From Felis catus (taxonomy: Eukaryota): a stretch of DNA of 64,000 nucleotides. A program made the position numbers and the translations under genes. The stretch is taken from assembly GCF_018350175.1 (NCBI RefSeq), contig NC_058368.1, forward strand, positions 6,820,001 to 6,884,000, given 5' to 3'. The notes below the pieces were generated by a model. The model was not told where the DNA came from and did not search any database. It was given only the letters and a program-made list of their open reading frames with translations. Shown in pieces: positions 13,141-26,296 of the stretch (the first letter of the stretch is position 1; each line of letters begins with the position of its first letter).

Positions 13141-14279
13141 TATTCACTCTTCAGAAATTCTCAATTTCATCCCTCCAGCTGAGTTTGATAAAGGCCATGG
13201 GGTACTGATGACCATTTACTGAATCTGCAAGGTAATGACTGGGATTCTGAGGAAATAGTCTCAATTCATACCTTTAATTCTTGGGAAACTATCTGCAAAT
13301 ACAGACTGCAGGCCACAGGAGGACCTAGCAAAGAATGGGGGGAAGGATCACTAGCCATCCGTTGCGAATCAAATAAATATTTGAGCAAACATGGATGGGT
13401 GACATCACTTTGCCCTTCAAAAACATCTAATCCTCATCCCCCATCGTCCCCAGTCTACAAAATAAGCTTCCAAGGCCTGGCACCACAGCATCCCAAAGAC
13501 CTCCACAGGGTCCCAAATCTACTCTGCCAGCTTCACCAAAACTACATTTCCCAACATGCTAAGCAAATTTAACTATCTTCTGTCTTCTTGAAGAGGATGA
13601 ATCATACATGTCTCCGAACACAGACCAAATTTCATCACACCAAACACCAACCAACTGCCAAATTCTCTGATTCTACCCACTCTTCCAATTGAAACACCGC
13701 TCAGTGTATTTCCTAAAGCTTGGAATTCAGCTGCAACAGAATTTTTCTTTATAAGATGTCTCTATAAAACTCATGTTAAAACCAGTGGAGTTGCTCAGAT
13801 CGAATAAAGGTGAGTCCTGAGACCAATTCCTGCCATCTAACACTGCCCAGTCCAGCTCTTACCGCAATGGCTACAACAACAAACGGTAATCCTTACTCTA
13901 ACCCAAAAACACCCACCCAGGATGTTAATGCATTCAAGCATTCAGTTAAACCTCTTTCGCTTGATGTGAAAGAGGTTCACCAACAAAAATGGATTCACAA
14001 AAGAGAATTTTATTTATTACAACTGTGTCCTTTCCTTAACTAAAATTACACTGTTGACAATGATCACCCGGCAGAGCTCTGGTTATAGTTCAAAAGATGA
14101 ACGCATAATCAACACTCAACAGTCACTCATCTTTATTGGTTAGGGTTCCACTGAAAGAGCCTATCTTTTTATTCATGGCTGAATCAAAAGCATCACTATT
14201 TGCTTTAAGAGAAAGAAACCGCACTACTGTTTACATTAGCACCAAAAACAAAACAAAAGACAAAAGAACAACAAAAAAC

Positions 14280-15180
14280 GCCCACACTTAGGTATGCAAA
14301 GCTAACAAAGTATGTACAAGATCAACACGAGGACAACGACAAGATGACTTCTTCCATAAGAAAGAAAGATGTAAATAAATGTATAGTCCATGTAAATGGA
14401 CAGTAAAGACTCAACATTGTCAAGAACTCAGTTCTGCCCAACTTGATCAACAGAGTCAACACCATCCATTCAAAATCACAGCACATTATTTTATGGATAA
14501 TAAACCAGTTTCTAAATCTTTTATGATTCTACAGTTTACATGGAGAGGCAAGGGGCCCAGAGAAGACAAAGCAATAATCATCACAAGTGGGAGGCAACCT
14601 AGACGTCCTTCAGTATGTGAATGGATAAACTGTGATATGTCCACACGATGAAACAGAATTCTGTGGTAAAAAGAAACAGGCTGCCAGGCTACAAAAAGAC
14701 ATGGAGACACCTTAAGTACATATTGCTAAGAGAAAGGAGAAATCTGAAAAGGCCTCGCTCGTATCTACGATTCCAACTGTACGTGTCACCCTGCAAAAGT
14801 CAAAACTATGGAGGCAGTAAAATGACCGATGGTTGCCAGGGATTTGGGGAGGAAGGAGGGATGAATCTGTGAAGCACAGAGGATTTTTAGGGCACTGAAA
14901 CTACTCTGTATCATACTGTAGTGAAAGACACGGGTCATTATACGTTTGTCAAAATAAACGGAACCACAGAACAGATGATACCAAGAGTGAACTAAAATAT
15001 GGACTACAGAATTAGTTGATAATGTACCCATCAATTACTGGCCCATCAACTGCAACCAATGCACCTCAGTAGTGCAAGATGTTAATAACAGGGGGAAGTG
15101 GAGGAGAGGAGGTATTTGGGAACTTTCTGTACTTTCCACTCAATTCTTCTGAAGTCTATTAATTAAAAAAGAAGAATACA
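14280..15180 (+). mobile_element. L1 remnant: short ORF2 piece joined to an L1MC1/2-like 3' end
   Basis: ctaacaaagtatgtacaagatc and gtccatgtaaatggacagtaaagactcaacattgtcaag, then gaatggataaactgtg, aaaagacatggag..ccttaa, gcacagaggatttttagggca and gggaactttctgtactttcc. Confidence 0.75.
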
Positions 15181-15708
15181 GTTCCTTATTAGCCTCCGCC
15201 AGTGTAAGTTCATCTGATCTAGTCAACCAAGGAACTATGTTACTCTTCCAAACATCCATAAAACATCTGATCTTTTCTCGCCGTGGACTCTTTTCCCCTG
15301 GACGATGCTCCTCTCCTCTTAAAACTAGTAGTACGACCATCATACTGAAGGCTGAGTCAGGCAAAAATCCTCAGTGGATGCTGGATCCTAGGGGAGATTT
15401 TGATGAAGAACAAGGTATTTGTGTCTCCCCACAGACCACCCACTAGTTACAAGGGCATAAAGGCCGGTCATCACCAAGCGGAGAAACTGAACAATTTGAA
15501 TGGGAGATCAAAGTTAATTTCCCCATCAACAGGCAGGTGGGTACTGTGTGCCCAGACAGAATGCCCTGAGAAGGACACAACACTAACTGACCACTCCAGC
15601 CAAGAACGCACCTGCATCTAATTAGAAGGAAGCATCGGGCAAACTCGGTAAGAGCAATGTTCAACTGTTTTTAAAAAGGAGGCACATCTTCTTTTAAAAC
15701 GTAAAACA

Positions 15709-15916
15709 GGGGTGCCTGGGTGGCGCAGTCGGTTAAGCGTCCGACTTCAGCCAGGTCACGATCTCACGGTCCGGGAGTTCGAGCCCCGCGTCAGGCTCTG
15801 GGCTGATGGCTCGGAGCCTGGAGTCTGTTTCCGATTCTGTGTCTCCCTCTCTCTCTGCCCCTCCCCCGTTCATGCTCTGTCTCTTTCTGTCCCAAAAATA
15901 AATAAACGTTGAAAAA

Positions 15917-15944
<28 letters not shown>
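15709..15944 (+). mobile_element. Can-SINE, young SINEC_Fc-type
   Basis: Full length with a perfect 14-bp TSD taaaacgtaaaaca (15695-15708 and 15945-15958) and a (taaa)n tail. Confidence 0.96.
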
Positions 15945-15947
<3 letters not shown>

Positions 15948-16494
15948 AACGTAAAACAAATGTCATAAAAGACCAAAAACACTATGGGAATGTTCCAGAT
16001 TAAAGGCGGCTAGAGAAAACATGACAACTATATGAAATGCACACCGCTCGAGCCAACTCTTAACCAGATTCGGTTGCAGGGGAAGAAATGCCGTGAAGGA
16101 CACTGTTGGCTCAACTGGCGAAACGGAGTAATGGAAGCCTGATGAAACAAGAGTCTGATCTTTCATCCCTCAAGTGAGAAATGAGGTAACAAGGTAACGA
16201 TACAACAAAAGGACTGAGTTATCCGATCCCACGTGGAATCCAGTGGAATCCATTTTTGGGCTTCCTCCCTACTGCTCCTCTTTACAAAGTATCCAGCAAG
16301 CGGGTGCCTTCCCCGCGGAGTATAACAAATACGCTTTAGTTTTTATTCCAACAAGACACGTAACTGTAGGGAAAGGAAAAACAGACGCATGTGCCTCCCT
16401 GACCTGTAAGTTTCTTACGGGCTTGCCTGACACACAGACATAGAATTTCCAGAACCCGGCTCTCTGGCCTCTTCTACTGAAACAGAATCAAACA

Positions 16495-16835
16495 TGGTTG
16501 ATCCTTGAACAATGCAGAGGGGGGTCAGGGGCCCCGAACTCCCCAACCCACACCCCTGCTGCGGTTGAAATTCTGGGCGTAACTTTCGACTCCTCAAAAA
16601 GCTAACTACTAACGGCCGGCTGTTGACCAGAAAAGCCTTACCGATAACGTAAACACTTGATTAACACACACTTTGTATACGTATCGTGATATCAATAAAG
16701 TAAGCTAGAGAAAAGAAAACGTTACGAAGAAAATACATTTACAGTACTGTATCCAAAAAAAAAAAAAAAAAAAAAAAAAATCCACAAACAGGTGGACCCA
16801 GGAAGTTCGACCCCCTATCGTTCAAGGGTCAACTG
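16495..16835 (+). mobile_element. Tigger2a-like non-autonomous DNA transposon
   Basis: Inverted ends ggttgatccttgaaca and gttcaagggtcaactg; internal aagccttaccgataac and aataaagtaagctagagaaaagaaaa. Confidence 0.85.
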
Positions 16836-17067
16836 TGGTCCGAAACTGCAGGAAGTTACTTTTTCTGTCGTCGCGGGTACTGTTAATAAGCAACATTATG
16901 GAAAAAGTGTAGACAGATCCCTTTCAAGTGACAGGTACATCTTTAATCTTCGTTTATCCTACACCTAAGAAATTCCAGCCTCGCGTTCCACTCTCACTCA
17001 TCCTCCAAAGAACTTTCGGTAAAAAGGAAGTAAATTTGCTCCCTCTCAAATTTTACGATATACTTAC

Positions 17068-17297
17068 GGTTTCACAAGTAAGACATCTGGTTTCATTTGT
17101 TAATGTTCCCTGAAAAATCTCATGAACCCACGTTGGGTCTGGTGGGCTGCTGTTATTTTCGCTGTCGATATTACCGTTGGGTAAACGGCCATTTTGCTTT
17201 TCCTGCTTTCTCTCTTCTTGTAAGATATCAGCAATTGTATTTAGTAGGTAATTTAAGAATTCATGGGCATCTTGTTGCATGTAGTTGTCAAAAAGTT
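17068..17297 (-). CDS. USP12: USP12 coding exon (exon 4), [20 protein letters not shown]...[14 protein letters not shown]
   Basis: 230 nt, acceptor ttttag, donor gtaagt. Contains the USP QQDAHEF motif and the first CxxC (CLTC). The G from exon 3 plus AA gives Glu, so the phases match. Confidence 0.97.
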
Positions 17298-17689
17298 CTA
17301 AAACCAAAAATACATTAGGGCATTATTTCAGAATTAGTAACTTCATTAAAACTAGATTTAAAACGAGAATCTTGTGGTCTATCAGAACCAAGCACAAACG
17401 TCTGGCATTGTCGGTCATATACAAGAAACAGACGATCTTTCACACACGGAAATAGGACTAAATTTGGAGAGAAGACAGTTGAGATGAGAACTTTCCTTTT
17501 AGAGAAACGATACTAACCGATCCATGAGAAAAGGGCAAAACCCGCCTTGAACGTTTACATAACATATGGAAGGGACCAGAAACCGCTGTATTATTCCATG
17601 AATATTACGACGTGGCAAGCTGTAAAACCGACACTGGACAACCTCTTGCCAACGGGAAGCCAAATGCTTAAGAACCACACAGAAAGTGT

Positions 17690-17830
17690 GCTGGAATTCT
17701 GAATCACTGGGCTGTGCATCCTGGGGATTCAGTCGGGGGGGGGGGGTGGGGATGGAGGCTGGGACCCGGGACTTTTCAAAGGTCCTCCAGACGAGTCTGA
17801 GCTGCAGTCAGGTCCGGGAAACAGTGGTGT
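17690..17830. mobile_element. MER5-like (hAT-Charlie) remnant
   Basis: ctgaatca...gggacccggga..tttcaaag..ctccag..gagtctga..tgcag.caggt..gggaaacagtg pattern. Confidence 0.4.
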
Positions 17831-18510
17831 CACCAATGACCTATTCGAGCCAGACGGTCCGTAAGGCCCTTCCAAAGGTGACAGGTCCCCCACAGCTATA
17901 CAAATGAGTAAACGTGATGGAAATACTGCTTTATCCTGCACTTGACCTGACACAACCTGACACTGAAAGGTAAGGACTTTACAGGCGGTGTCCCACTGGA
18001 TCTTTTGAACACCGCTGCGACATCATTATGGTTATCCTTCAAATGAGGGAAGGGGATCAGAGAGGAAAGGTCACGCTGCTGGGAAATGCAGGCCCAAGAT
18101 GCAAGCCAGGCAGTCCCGACTCCAGCAGGCGGGGTGACTTAGCCGCGCACGGACAGACGGACGCCTGTGGCTTAGTCAAACACGTGCAGGAAGCACCGGG
18201 TCAGGAAAATTTTACCTTGATGGATCCTCGAGGACCATTTAACGAATTCCAGGAAGATTACAGTTAACATATTTTAAATAAAAGAGTATAAATTAGGAAG
18301 AAAACTTTGGGAGAGTCTAAGATAAAATAAAATATTCCATTTTAGAAGAGCTATAGTTATAACTGCATAAAGTTAAATTCTCTGGATTAGAAATCATTGA
18401 GAAGGTTTACAAAAAACCATAAAACGTAAAAGTTATTAACATCTTCAACACAGAAAGAGCTTGAGCCAAACGAAATACAAAGTGTGGAAAGGACTTGGAA
18501 TCAACAATTT

Positions 18511-18734
18511 ATTTTATTTATTTATTTTTTTAACGTTTATTTATTTTTGAGACAGAGAGAGACAGAGCATGAACGGGGGAGGGTCAGAGAGAGAGGGAGA
18601 CACAGAATCTGAAACAGGCTCCAGGCTCTGAGCGGTCAGCCCAGAGCCCGATGCGGGGCTTGAATCCATGAACCGCGAGATCATGACCTGAGCCGAAGTC
18701 GGATGCTTAACCGACTGAGCCACCCAGGCGCCCC
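18511..18734 (-). mobile_element. Can-SINE
   Basis: Reverse complement of the Can-SINE consensus; flanking repeat ttggaatcaacaattt. Confidence 0.95.
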
Positions 18735-19140
18735 TTAAAATTTTTTTTTTTTTTAACGTTGGAATCAACAATTTACAGAAGCTAAATTCGAAAGGTTAAG
18801 AAACACGCAAAGACGTTCAACCTCATGGTAATCAAAACCGTCTTAATTTTCTGGTCTGTAAAATGGAATACCATCTTCCTTTGCAAAGTTACGGTACAAA
18901 CAGAATGGGAACAGGTGAGAATGCTCACTGGGGAGGTATACTCAAAGAAAATAAAAGAATGATTTCAATCATGGCGTCAGAAAGACCTTTAAAAAGTATC
19001 AGATTGAAGGTGCAGTTGCTACAGGAAGACTGTTGGGATTCCTATGAGGGTCCTACCACTAATCACATGCATGTCATAGGCAATTTACTTAACCTCTCTT
19101 GGATTTCAAGTCAAACACAACAATGTGAAGAATGGGGTGA

Positions 19141-19360
19141 GGGGCGCCTGGGTGGCTCAGTCGGTTGAGCGTCCGACTTCAGCTCAGGTCACAATCTCGC
19201 GGTTTGTGGGTTCGGGGCCCCGCCTCGGGCTCTGGGCCGACAGCTCGGAGCCTGGAGCCTGCTTCGGGTTCTGTGTCTCCCCCTCTCTCTCGGCCCCTCC
19301 CCCGCCTGTGCTCTGTCTCTCAAAAACAAATAAATGCAAAAACAAAATTAAAAAAAAAAA
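19141..19360 (+). mobile_element. Can-SINE
   Basis: Head ggggcgcctgggtggctcagtcggttgagcg and A-rich tail. Confidence 0.95.
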
Positions 19361-20136
19361 GAACGTACTAAGAGCCACACAGGAAGTATCCATCTATTCA
19401 CCCTTCATTTCTCTGCTGTAAGCTTGCCCTGAGGGACCTGATTAGCCTTAAACAAACCCCTTATGTTCTTTTTCAGGACAGTAACAGCCCTGAGCCCTAA
19501 GATACAGTGCATTGGCCTATGTGGACTTAACATCTACTGATGTGTAGTTTGGTGTTCCAAGTGTCCAACGGTCTCTGCCCGCAAGGAAGCCAAGCACTGT
19601 GACACCATCCCCCTCCCCCGCTCCCAGCAGAAGTTCGGCACCACACCCATCACCCTGACACAGCCCCCTCCACTGCAGACCCCCCTGGCCATCTACTCCA
19701 TCTCTCAGACCAAGCCAAGTCATGCTCAGAAACCTCGGATGGTTCTGCCTTTGGACTGGTCTAGGCCAAAGTTGGGAAAACTCAAGTCGATTACCTTTCA
19801 CCTTGCCTCTCAATGCGATAATCCTTCATCCCTGAAAATACTACTCCGTCCCCCAACCCTCGGCTCCCATCCTCTATTACTGTCGTTCATTTACTGTCCC
19901 TTATGTCCTTCCTCGACCTTGGGATTTTCTACTTTCTCGACCCTTTCTGCTCTTCCCTCCAGGAGCCAGTTTCTGCTCTAAACTCCCCACGCCTTCAACC
20001 TTTGGCATTTTTGAGCTCCCTGCTGCCACTTCTAAATCGTCACATGTCATCTGCATATTAAAAACCCTCGCCCTCAGTCAAAAAAGCTATTAAGATCTGG
20101 CCTTAAGCCCCATCCTTCTGCGGTCGTCGGCCACCT

Positions 20137-20255
20137 CCCCCTCCCTCACTGATGGATGGTCCCCCTCCCTCACTGATGGATGGTCCCCCTCCCTCACTGA
20201 TGGATGGTCCCCCTCCCTCACTGATGGATGGTCCCCCTCCCTCACTGACGGATGG
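20137..20255 (+). repeat. 24-bp minisatellite (ccccctccctcactgatggatggt) x5
   Basis: Four identical units plus a fifth with one substitution, head to tail with no spacers. Confidence 0.95.
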
Positions 20256-20652
20256 CCTGATTCATGGTGTCTTTGTTCATCCCGACTCCTGCACTAACCC
20301 TGACACTTTCAGTGTCCAGGCAGCTTCCTCAAGTGCACTTGACCCCTTAAAGTTCCCTTTTCATCCCTCACTTACTCATCCATCCCCAGGCCACAAATCT
20401 AGAGCCGCCCAGGTCCACTAAGATAAGAAACAGAAGTAAATTATAATAGAGTTACTAAGAGGAAGTAAGTAAAAATATTTTATAGACACTGTAAGGACCT
20501 AGCAGAGTGAGGTAGGAACAATCACTATGGTGGGTCTCCATACGCTAGGCTCTATGCTGTCATCTAGTCTCTTTTCCACTAAATCAACTATTTTTTACAA
20601 CCGAAGTTTTAAAGAGTACATTTTTTGCCATAAATATTTAAAATAAACTACA

Positions 20653-20868
20653 GGGGCACCTGGGTGGCTCAGTCGGTTGAGTGACCCCCTCTTGATTTCA
20701 GCTCAGGTCATGATCTCAGGATTGTGGGATCGAGCCCCGCACTGAGCTTCACGCTAAGGCCATGGATATTCTTCAGATATTCTCTCTCCCCCTCTCCCTT
20801 CCCCTCTGCCCCCCTGCCCCACTCGCACGCACGCACGCGTGCGTGCTCTCTCTCAAATTAAAAAATAA
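20653..20868 (+). mobile_element. Can-SINE, older subfamily
   Basis: Head ggggcacctgggtggctcagtcggttgag, ctcttgatttcagctcaggtcatgatc, CT tract. Confidence 0.9.
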
Positions 20869-21474
20869 TTCTTACACTACAAAATTAAAGAATACCTACA
20901 AAGATCTAAATGAAAAATTTTCTGGCTAAGAAAAATAATAATGGTCTTATTTTTTCCTGTTAAAAATTATTTTAGCATCTATGCATGTTTTTCAGAATAA
21001 TAATTATTTTTGTAAAGCAAAATGTGCAAATATTTTTGCTTTTTAAACACTTAAAACATCTTTTTTTGGGTGGTTTTTTTTTTTTTTAACACAAAACAAT
21101 GACTTCACACTCACAGACATACTTCCACTGACTCGAATGCTCTGGAACTGAGATGTAAAGTAAACCAGAAAATACTCTTTCAGCATTTTGCTGAAATGTT
21201 TAAAATAATTTATTGTCCGTTTTCTATAAATACAGTATGCTGTATATGCCAGAATCCTGCCATGCCTAAGAGCACCCAATACAACTTTAAAAACATTAAC
21301 CAGGACCCCCCCCCCCAAAAGAAAAATCAACTAAATGGCCACAGGATAATCCCTGGAAATTGTATTATACTAAATTCCTAAAATCTTGGTTTCCTTATGG
21401 TTTGCTTTCTTCTCTGCTAAGTAGCATAATGGGAAGGGTGGACTTCTAGCTTGTTCTGGCAAATTAAAAACAAA

Positions 21475-21610
21475 TTCACTCATTCAGTCAACAAATATTC
21501 AGTAAGAACCTACTATGTGCCAGGAACTGGATTATGTGCTGGGAATACAATGGAGAGCAAAAACAAATGGGTTCCCTCCGTCATGGAACCAACAGTCTAG
21601 TGGGACAGAC
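21475..21610 (-). mobile_element. L2 3' end remnant
   Basis: cattcagtcaacaaatatt..gaacctactatgtgccagg..ctgggaataca is the reverse-orientation L2 terminus. Confidence 0.75.
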
Positions 21611-21903
21611 AATTTCATTATTAAATAAATGTATATGGAAAGTACAAACGACTAAAGTCCTAATATAGCTGCAACATTAATGCAAAAAAAAAAAAAGAAA
21701 ACTAAATCAACGCTTAAAAATGTTACATGTTCTTCCTAATTCAGAAATAGCTAGCAGCTTTTATTACACAGAAAATCTTTTGTGCTCCTTCTGAAGAAAA
21801 AGGATTAAAATGAATGTGGGAAATTATTTACTCAAACCTACTTAATAGGTGTGACTTCTAATTATTTCCTCACTTAAGGAAGACCAACACTTAAATATAT
21901 ATA

Positions 21904-22098
21904 GGGGCGCCTGGGTGGCTCAGTCGGTTAAGCGTCCGACTCCTGGCTTTGGCTCAGGTCACAATATTGCAGTTTGTGAGTTCGAGACCCGCGTTGGGCT
22001 CTGCGCTCAGAGTGCACAACTTGCTTGGGATTCTCTCTCTCTGCCCCTCCCTCGCATGCTCTGTCTCTCACTCTCTCAAAATAAATAAGCTTTAAAAA
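21904..22098 (+). mobile_element. Can-SINE
   Basis: Consensus head and tail ctcaaaataaataa. Confidence 0.93.
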
Positions 22099-22189
22099 AT
22101 ATACATACAAATATGCATGTATATTTGCATTAGTATCTCTCCACATCGCCTGAACCACTGCTATGTTCTTACAGGTCTCTCGAGAATAA

Positions 22190-22313
22190 AGACCACTTCT
22201 ACCTATTCACTGCTGTATCCCCAGCACTTAGAACAGTGCCTGCCACATATCAGATGTGCTTGACATTTTATGAACCAACGAACGAATGAATGAATGAACG
22301 AACGAACGAATGA
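22190..22313 (+). mobile_element. L2 3' end remnant
   Basis: ttcactgctgtatccccagcacttagaacagtgcctg.cacat followed by a (gaat/gaac)n tail. Confidence 0.8.
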
Positions 22314-22589
22314 AAAAAAATGGGGGCTGAAACAGCTAAGATGACAGGACAGGAATAAATCTGGCCCCAAACAACAGTGTGACTATGTAAACTGCTAAGA
22401 TCCAGCGGGTCTGAGTGCACAGCTACAGGCACCAGCGGATCTGACTTTCAAGCCCAACCTAACTGATCCCCAACTCTTCAGCTGAGTCAATGCTGGCTAG
22501 CACAGAATTCGATCACCAGTCTATGTTTCAGTTCTTCGAAAATAATAGAGTGCCTCTAGGGAGTTAGCGATGTGAAAGAGAGGGCTTCA

Positions 22590-23120
22590 TTTCTTACCCC
22601 AGATGACTGCAGTAGCCTCGGGGATGGTCTCCCTGCTCCCACTCAAGCTGCCCCTGCCCACTGACCCCCCGCTGTGCCCGCCCCCCAGCAGCCACAGGGA
22701 TCTCCTTCTAATGCAGATCAAAACCTATCACCCCCTGCTCAGCCCCCCCCAACGGCTTGCCACGACTCTCAAAATAAAACCCAAGCCCCAGGCCCCGCCC
22801 TTTTCTATCTTTATCTTACTCCACTCCAGCCACGTTCATTTCCTCGCTTTCCGTCAAGCCCTCAGGGCAACTGCAATTTCTATTCTATCCGGCTGGAACA
22901 ATTTTGCCCCAGATCTTCCAATGGCTTCTCACTTTAACTCTCTGATCTAACAAGACTTATCAACTCCCTCATTCTCTATCCCCTTTCCCTGTTTTTGTTT
23001 TGTTTTGTTTTCACAGCGCCAATACATTATATTACACGATTCAGTGCCTTCCCCGTGAGAATGTCAGCTCCTCGCTTCCGGTGCTCTGCAGGAGCTAAAT
23101 ACATAATAGTTAACCAATAC
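22590..23120 (+). mobile_element. L2 remnant
   Basis: gactgcagtagcctc..ggtctccctgc..cagcagcca..gatc..tctaatgcagatc..ccctgctc..ctctcaaaataaaacccaa motifs. Confidence 0.55.
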
Positions 23121-23464
23121 AAACATTCAGCTAGTCTCCCATCATCAAAGGTAACACGGTTATGGAGCGAGTGTTAGCCTCGTATCATACCGTGAAAGCA
23201 CTAAGTGTCACCACTGTATCTATCACACTCTAAAAGCACTATGCCACAGTTCTCATATGCTGTGGTTAGGCAACACGAATTAAAATTTTGAAAACAAAAA
23301 TCCATTACTGAAGTTAAAACAGATTCTTTCCAAGGGATATCAGAATGATTAGTAATATAAAGCAACAGCGATTAGCACAATATTGAGCTGGTATCTACTG
23401 AAAATACAAAACCTTAAGTTTACAGCATAACATGGAAGAAAAGGGATTTAAGAACAACAGTCCA

Positions 23465-23673
23465 GGAGTGCCTGGGTGGCTCAGTCGGGTGAGCATCCAA
23501 CTCTTGATTTCAGTTCAGGTCATGATTGCTGTGGGATCAAGCCCCACGTCAGGCTCCCACGCTGAGTGTGGAGCCTGCTTAAGATATTCATATTCATTCT
23601 CTCTCTCTCTCTCTCTCCTCCCTCCCTCCCTCCGCCTCTCTCACCCACATGTGCTAAAATAAAATTTAAAAAA
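23465..23673 (+). mobile_element. Can-SINE, older subfamily
   Basis: TSD gaacaacagtcca on both sides. Confidence 0.9.
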
Positions 23674-23800
23674 AAGGAACAACAGTCCAACAGTGAAAGT
23701 TAGTTGTTAATTCTGAAACGGGCAGCATCCAATGTTCCAGAGATTAAAAACAACTAGCAGACATAATCTCAGGAGGATGTATACAATTAAATCCTCTGTA

Positions 23801-24018
23801 TTTTTTTTAAATTTATTTTTTTAATGTTTATTTTTGAGAGAGAGACAGAGTGGGAGTTGGGAAAGGCCAGAGAGAGAGGGAGACAGAATCCGAAGCTGGC
23901 TCCGGGCTCCAAGCTAACTGTCAGCACAGAGCCCGATGCAGGCTCGAACCCACGAACAGTGAGATCACGCCCTGAACTGAAGTCGGACGCTTAACCGACT
24001 GAACCACCCAGGTGCGCC
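23801..24018 (-). mobile_element. Can-SINE
   Basis: Reverse consensus; TSD aatcctct. Confidence 0.93.
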
Positions 24019-24447
24019 TGAATCCTCTTTAATTCGTATGTTCCTCTTCTCCTTTACACAATTATCAGGAAAAGAATCGAAAGGCAAAACCGTATTTCAA
24101 AACATACAGAAGCCAGCAACATCGAATAATATACATGCTTTTCCATTCCATATTGTTCCTGAGGTATAGAAAAATGAAACAAAACTACGAATAGGTAAGT
24201 TTGGAATACTCATTCTGCAATCAGTTTCATTCAACAAAATAAGTCTACGGTGCACCAATTTACTCTGCCTAAACATATAAAAACTTTCAGAAAATACCGA
24301 ATTATTAAAAAATAATAAACACTCTAAAAACATCCCAGCTTTGACAAACAAATACATAAATCCACACACACCTTTCCAAACACAGTAACTTGAGCTCCAT
24401 GTTTAGGAGTGAATCTGAACTTAACAAGTCACTGCACACTTAACAAT

Positions 24448-24803
24448 CACGTTAAGGACTGCATGCGTGTGCCCCCACCAAAATTCGTATGTTGAGACCC
24501 TAACCCCCAAAGCGATGCTATTTGGAAATGGGGCCTTTGGAAGGACTTTCAGGTCTTGAGGGCTGGGACCAGCACCCTCGTAAGAAGAGAGAGGAGTGAG
24601 CTTGCTTCTCTCTCTCCACCGTGTGGGGGACACAGCAAAAAGGCAGCCGCCTACAAACCAGGAAAAGGGCCGACATCACACGGGGAAGCTGCCAGCATGT
24701 TACCCTTGAACTTCGCAGCCTCCAGAACTGTGAGAAATAGGTATCTATTGTTTAAGCCACCCAATCCACGGTATTTTTGTTACGGCAGCCCCAACTAAGA
24801 GCA
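24448..24803 (+). mobile_element. MaLR solo LTR, MLT1A-like
   Basis: aaattcgtatgttgagaccctaacccccaa, ggggcctttggaagg, cagcctccagaactgtgagaaata and tttaagccaccca..ggtatttttgttacggcagccc. Confidence 0.88.
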
Positions 24804-25549
24804 CAGAAAATACACTGAACGATAATGTCAAGAAAAATATACTATTCAGTGAAAAAGAAAAATAACGTGTATTCTGTGTGAGTTTCAGCTTTCTGATGTT
24901 GTACGTTTCTAAAATGCTAACAAAATCACTGAAAGGATGGCATGTTCAATCACCATGCACATGAATTTTCTACCAGGACAAAATTTCTGAAGTTTCATAC
25001 CAGTACAGACAAAAAAGACAGAGAGGACTTGAATCACTCAGCCATTCTCTAATGGAGTTGTTTGCGGTGTCCTTAAAAACAGAAGACACTCTACGATTCT
25101 GTAATTTGAGAAAGTAAAGATGTTTGGCCTTCATAGGGGAAACACTTAAAAAGATTTATTTTTGTGAGCGACGGTTCCACTGCTCTGTATCTGTATTTGG
25201 AGGAAATAAAATCTTTTAACACCTGAATCAGACTCAAGAACAATAAATAGCCTATTGTCACATTATTTCAGCGTCTTCTTGTGTTTTGGGAAACTAGACT
25301 TGACCCACGAGGCCTATCTCAATTCATGGGATAATGAATGGTGTCAGCTCAGTTAAGGACAGGATTATTCAGTAGTATGTTTAATAACCAATCTTCAAGA
25401 CTTCTCAAATCTTATCTCTTATCTTTTGATAAGAAATCAAACTAAAATACCACTCGATTTTATTTCTACGATTTAAATGCCTTTATCAAACAAAACAGAA
25501 TTCCACATGTTATTTAAGTCCCATTTGAATTCTTTAACAGACCCTGCTA

Positions 25550-25695
25550 GGCAGAATAAGGGATTTAGACGTCAGGAAGACATACGGGACCCTGACAAGC
25601 CACTTTTACTTCTCTGAGCGTCAACCATCTCAGGTCAAGAGAGAGAATAATGTCTAACATAGGGGCTTGCTGTGAAAATTAAGTGAAAAACATTT
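25550..25695 (+). mobile_element. MIR remnant
   Basis: gaccctgacaagccact..acttctctgagcgtca..catct...tgctgtgaaaattaagtga, similar to the MIR core. Confidence 0.5.
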
Positions 25696-26296
25696 TAAGA
25701 GAGAAAAGGAAAGCGGGGCTTAATCAGTAACTATTTTTATTAAAGGGGTGAGTGGAGTTAAAACCACCTACCCTAAGCCAAAAAGTTTTATTGTTCTGGC
25801 TCTTTCCTTTCCCTGGGGTAGGACTCCTGGAAAGGTTGGCTTTTGTCCTTTTCGTGGCTAAAATGGGCGAAATATCAGGCTCTCTGCATCAGGTCATTGT
25901 AAGGATAGAATGGGTTAAGGGTTAACGTATGGAAAGCATTACCAAACCAATAACGTGGCGGGGAAAAAAAACCATAATACTTCACTCTTGATAGAAAAGT
26001 CAGGCAGGCCAAAAAAAAAAAAAAAAAAAATCATCATTTCTATCTCCTGGCATAAAGAAATTTGGTCTTTGTCTAACATACTTCCAAAATGAATCACACC
26101 TCATTTTAATTACTGTGTGGCTGCCTCCTCACTAAACTGGCATGTCCTTAAAGACAGGAACATCAGCTTTGGTCTCTTCAATGGCTGACATATTGTCAGG
26201 CATAAAACAGATGCTTGGTCAGTGCTTACTGACTTACAGTGTGCCGCATTTACCCTTCCTGTTATGTAAGAATACATTCAGAAGTAGAAGAATTAC

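Noticed and set aside
20137..20255. CRISPR-like array
   Set aside because: Units are contiguous with no unique spacers, and the context is a mammalian intron.
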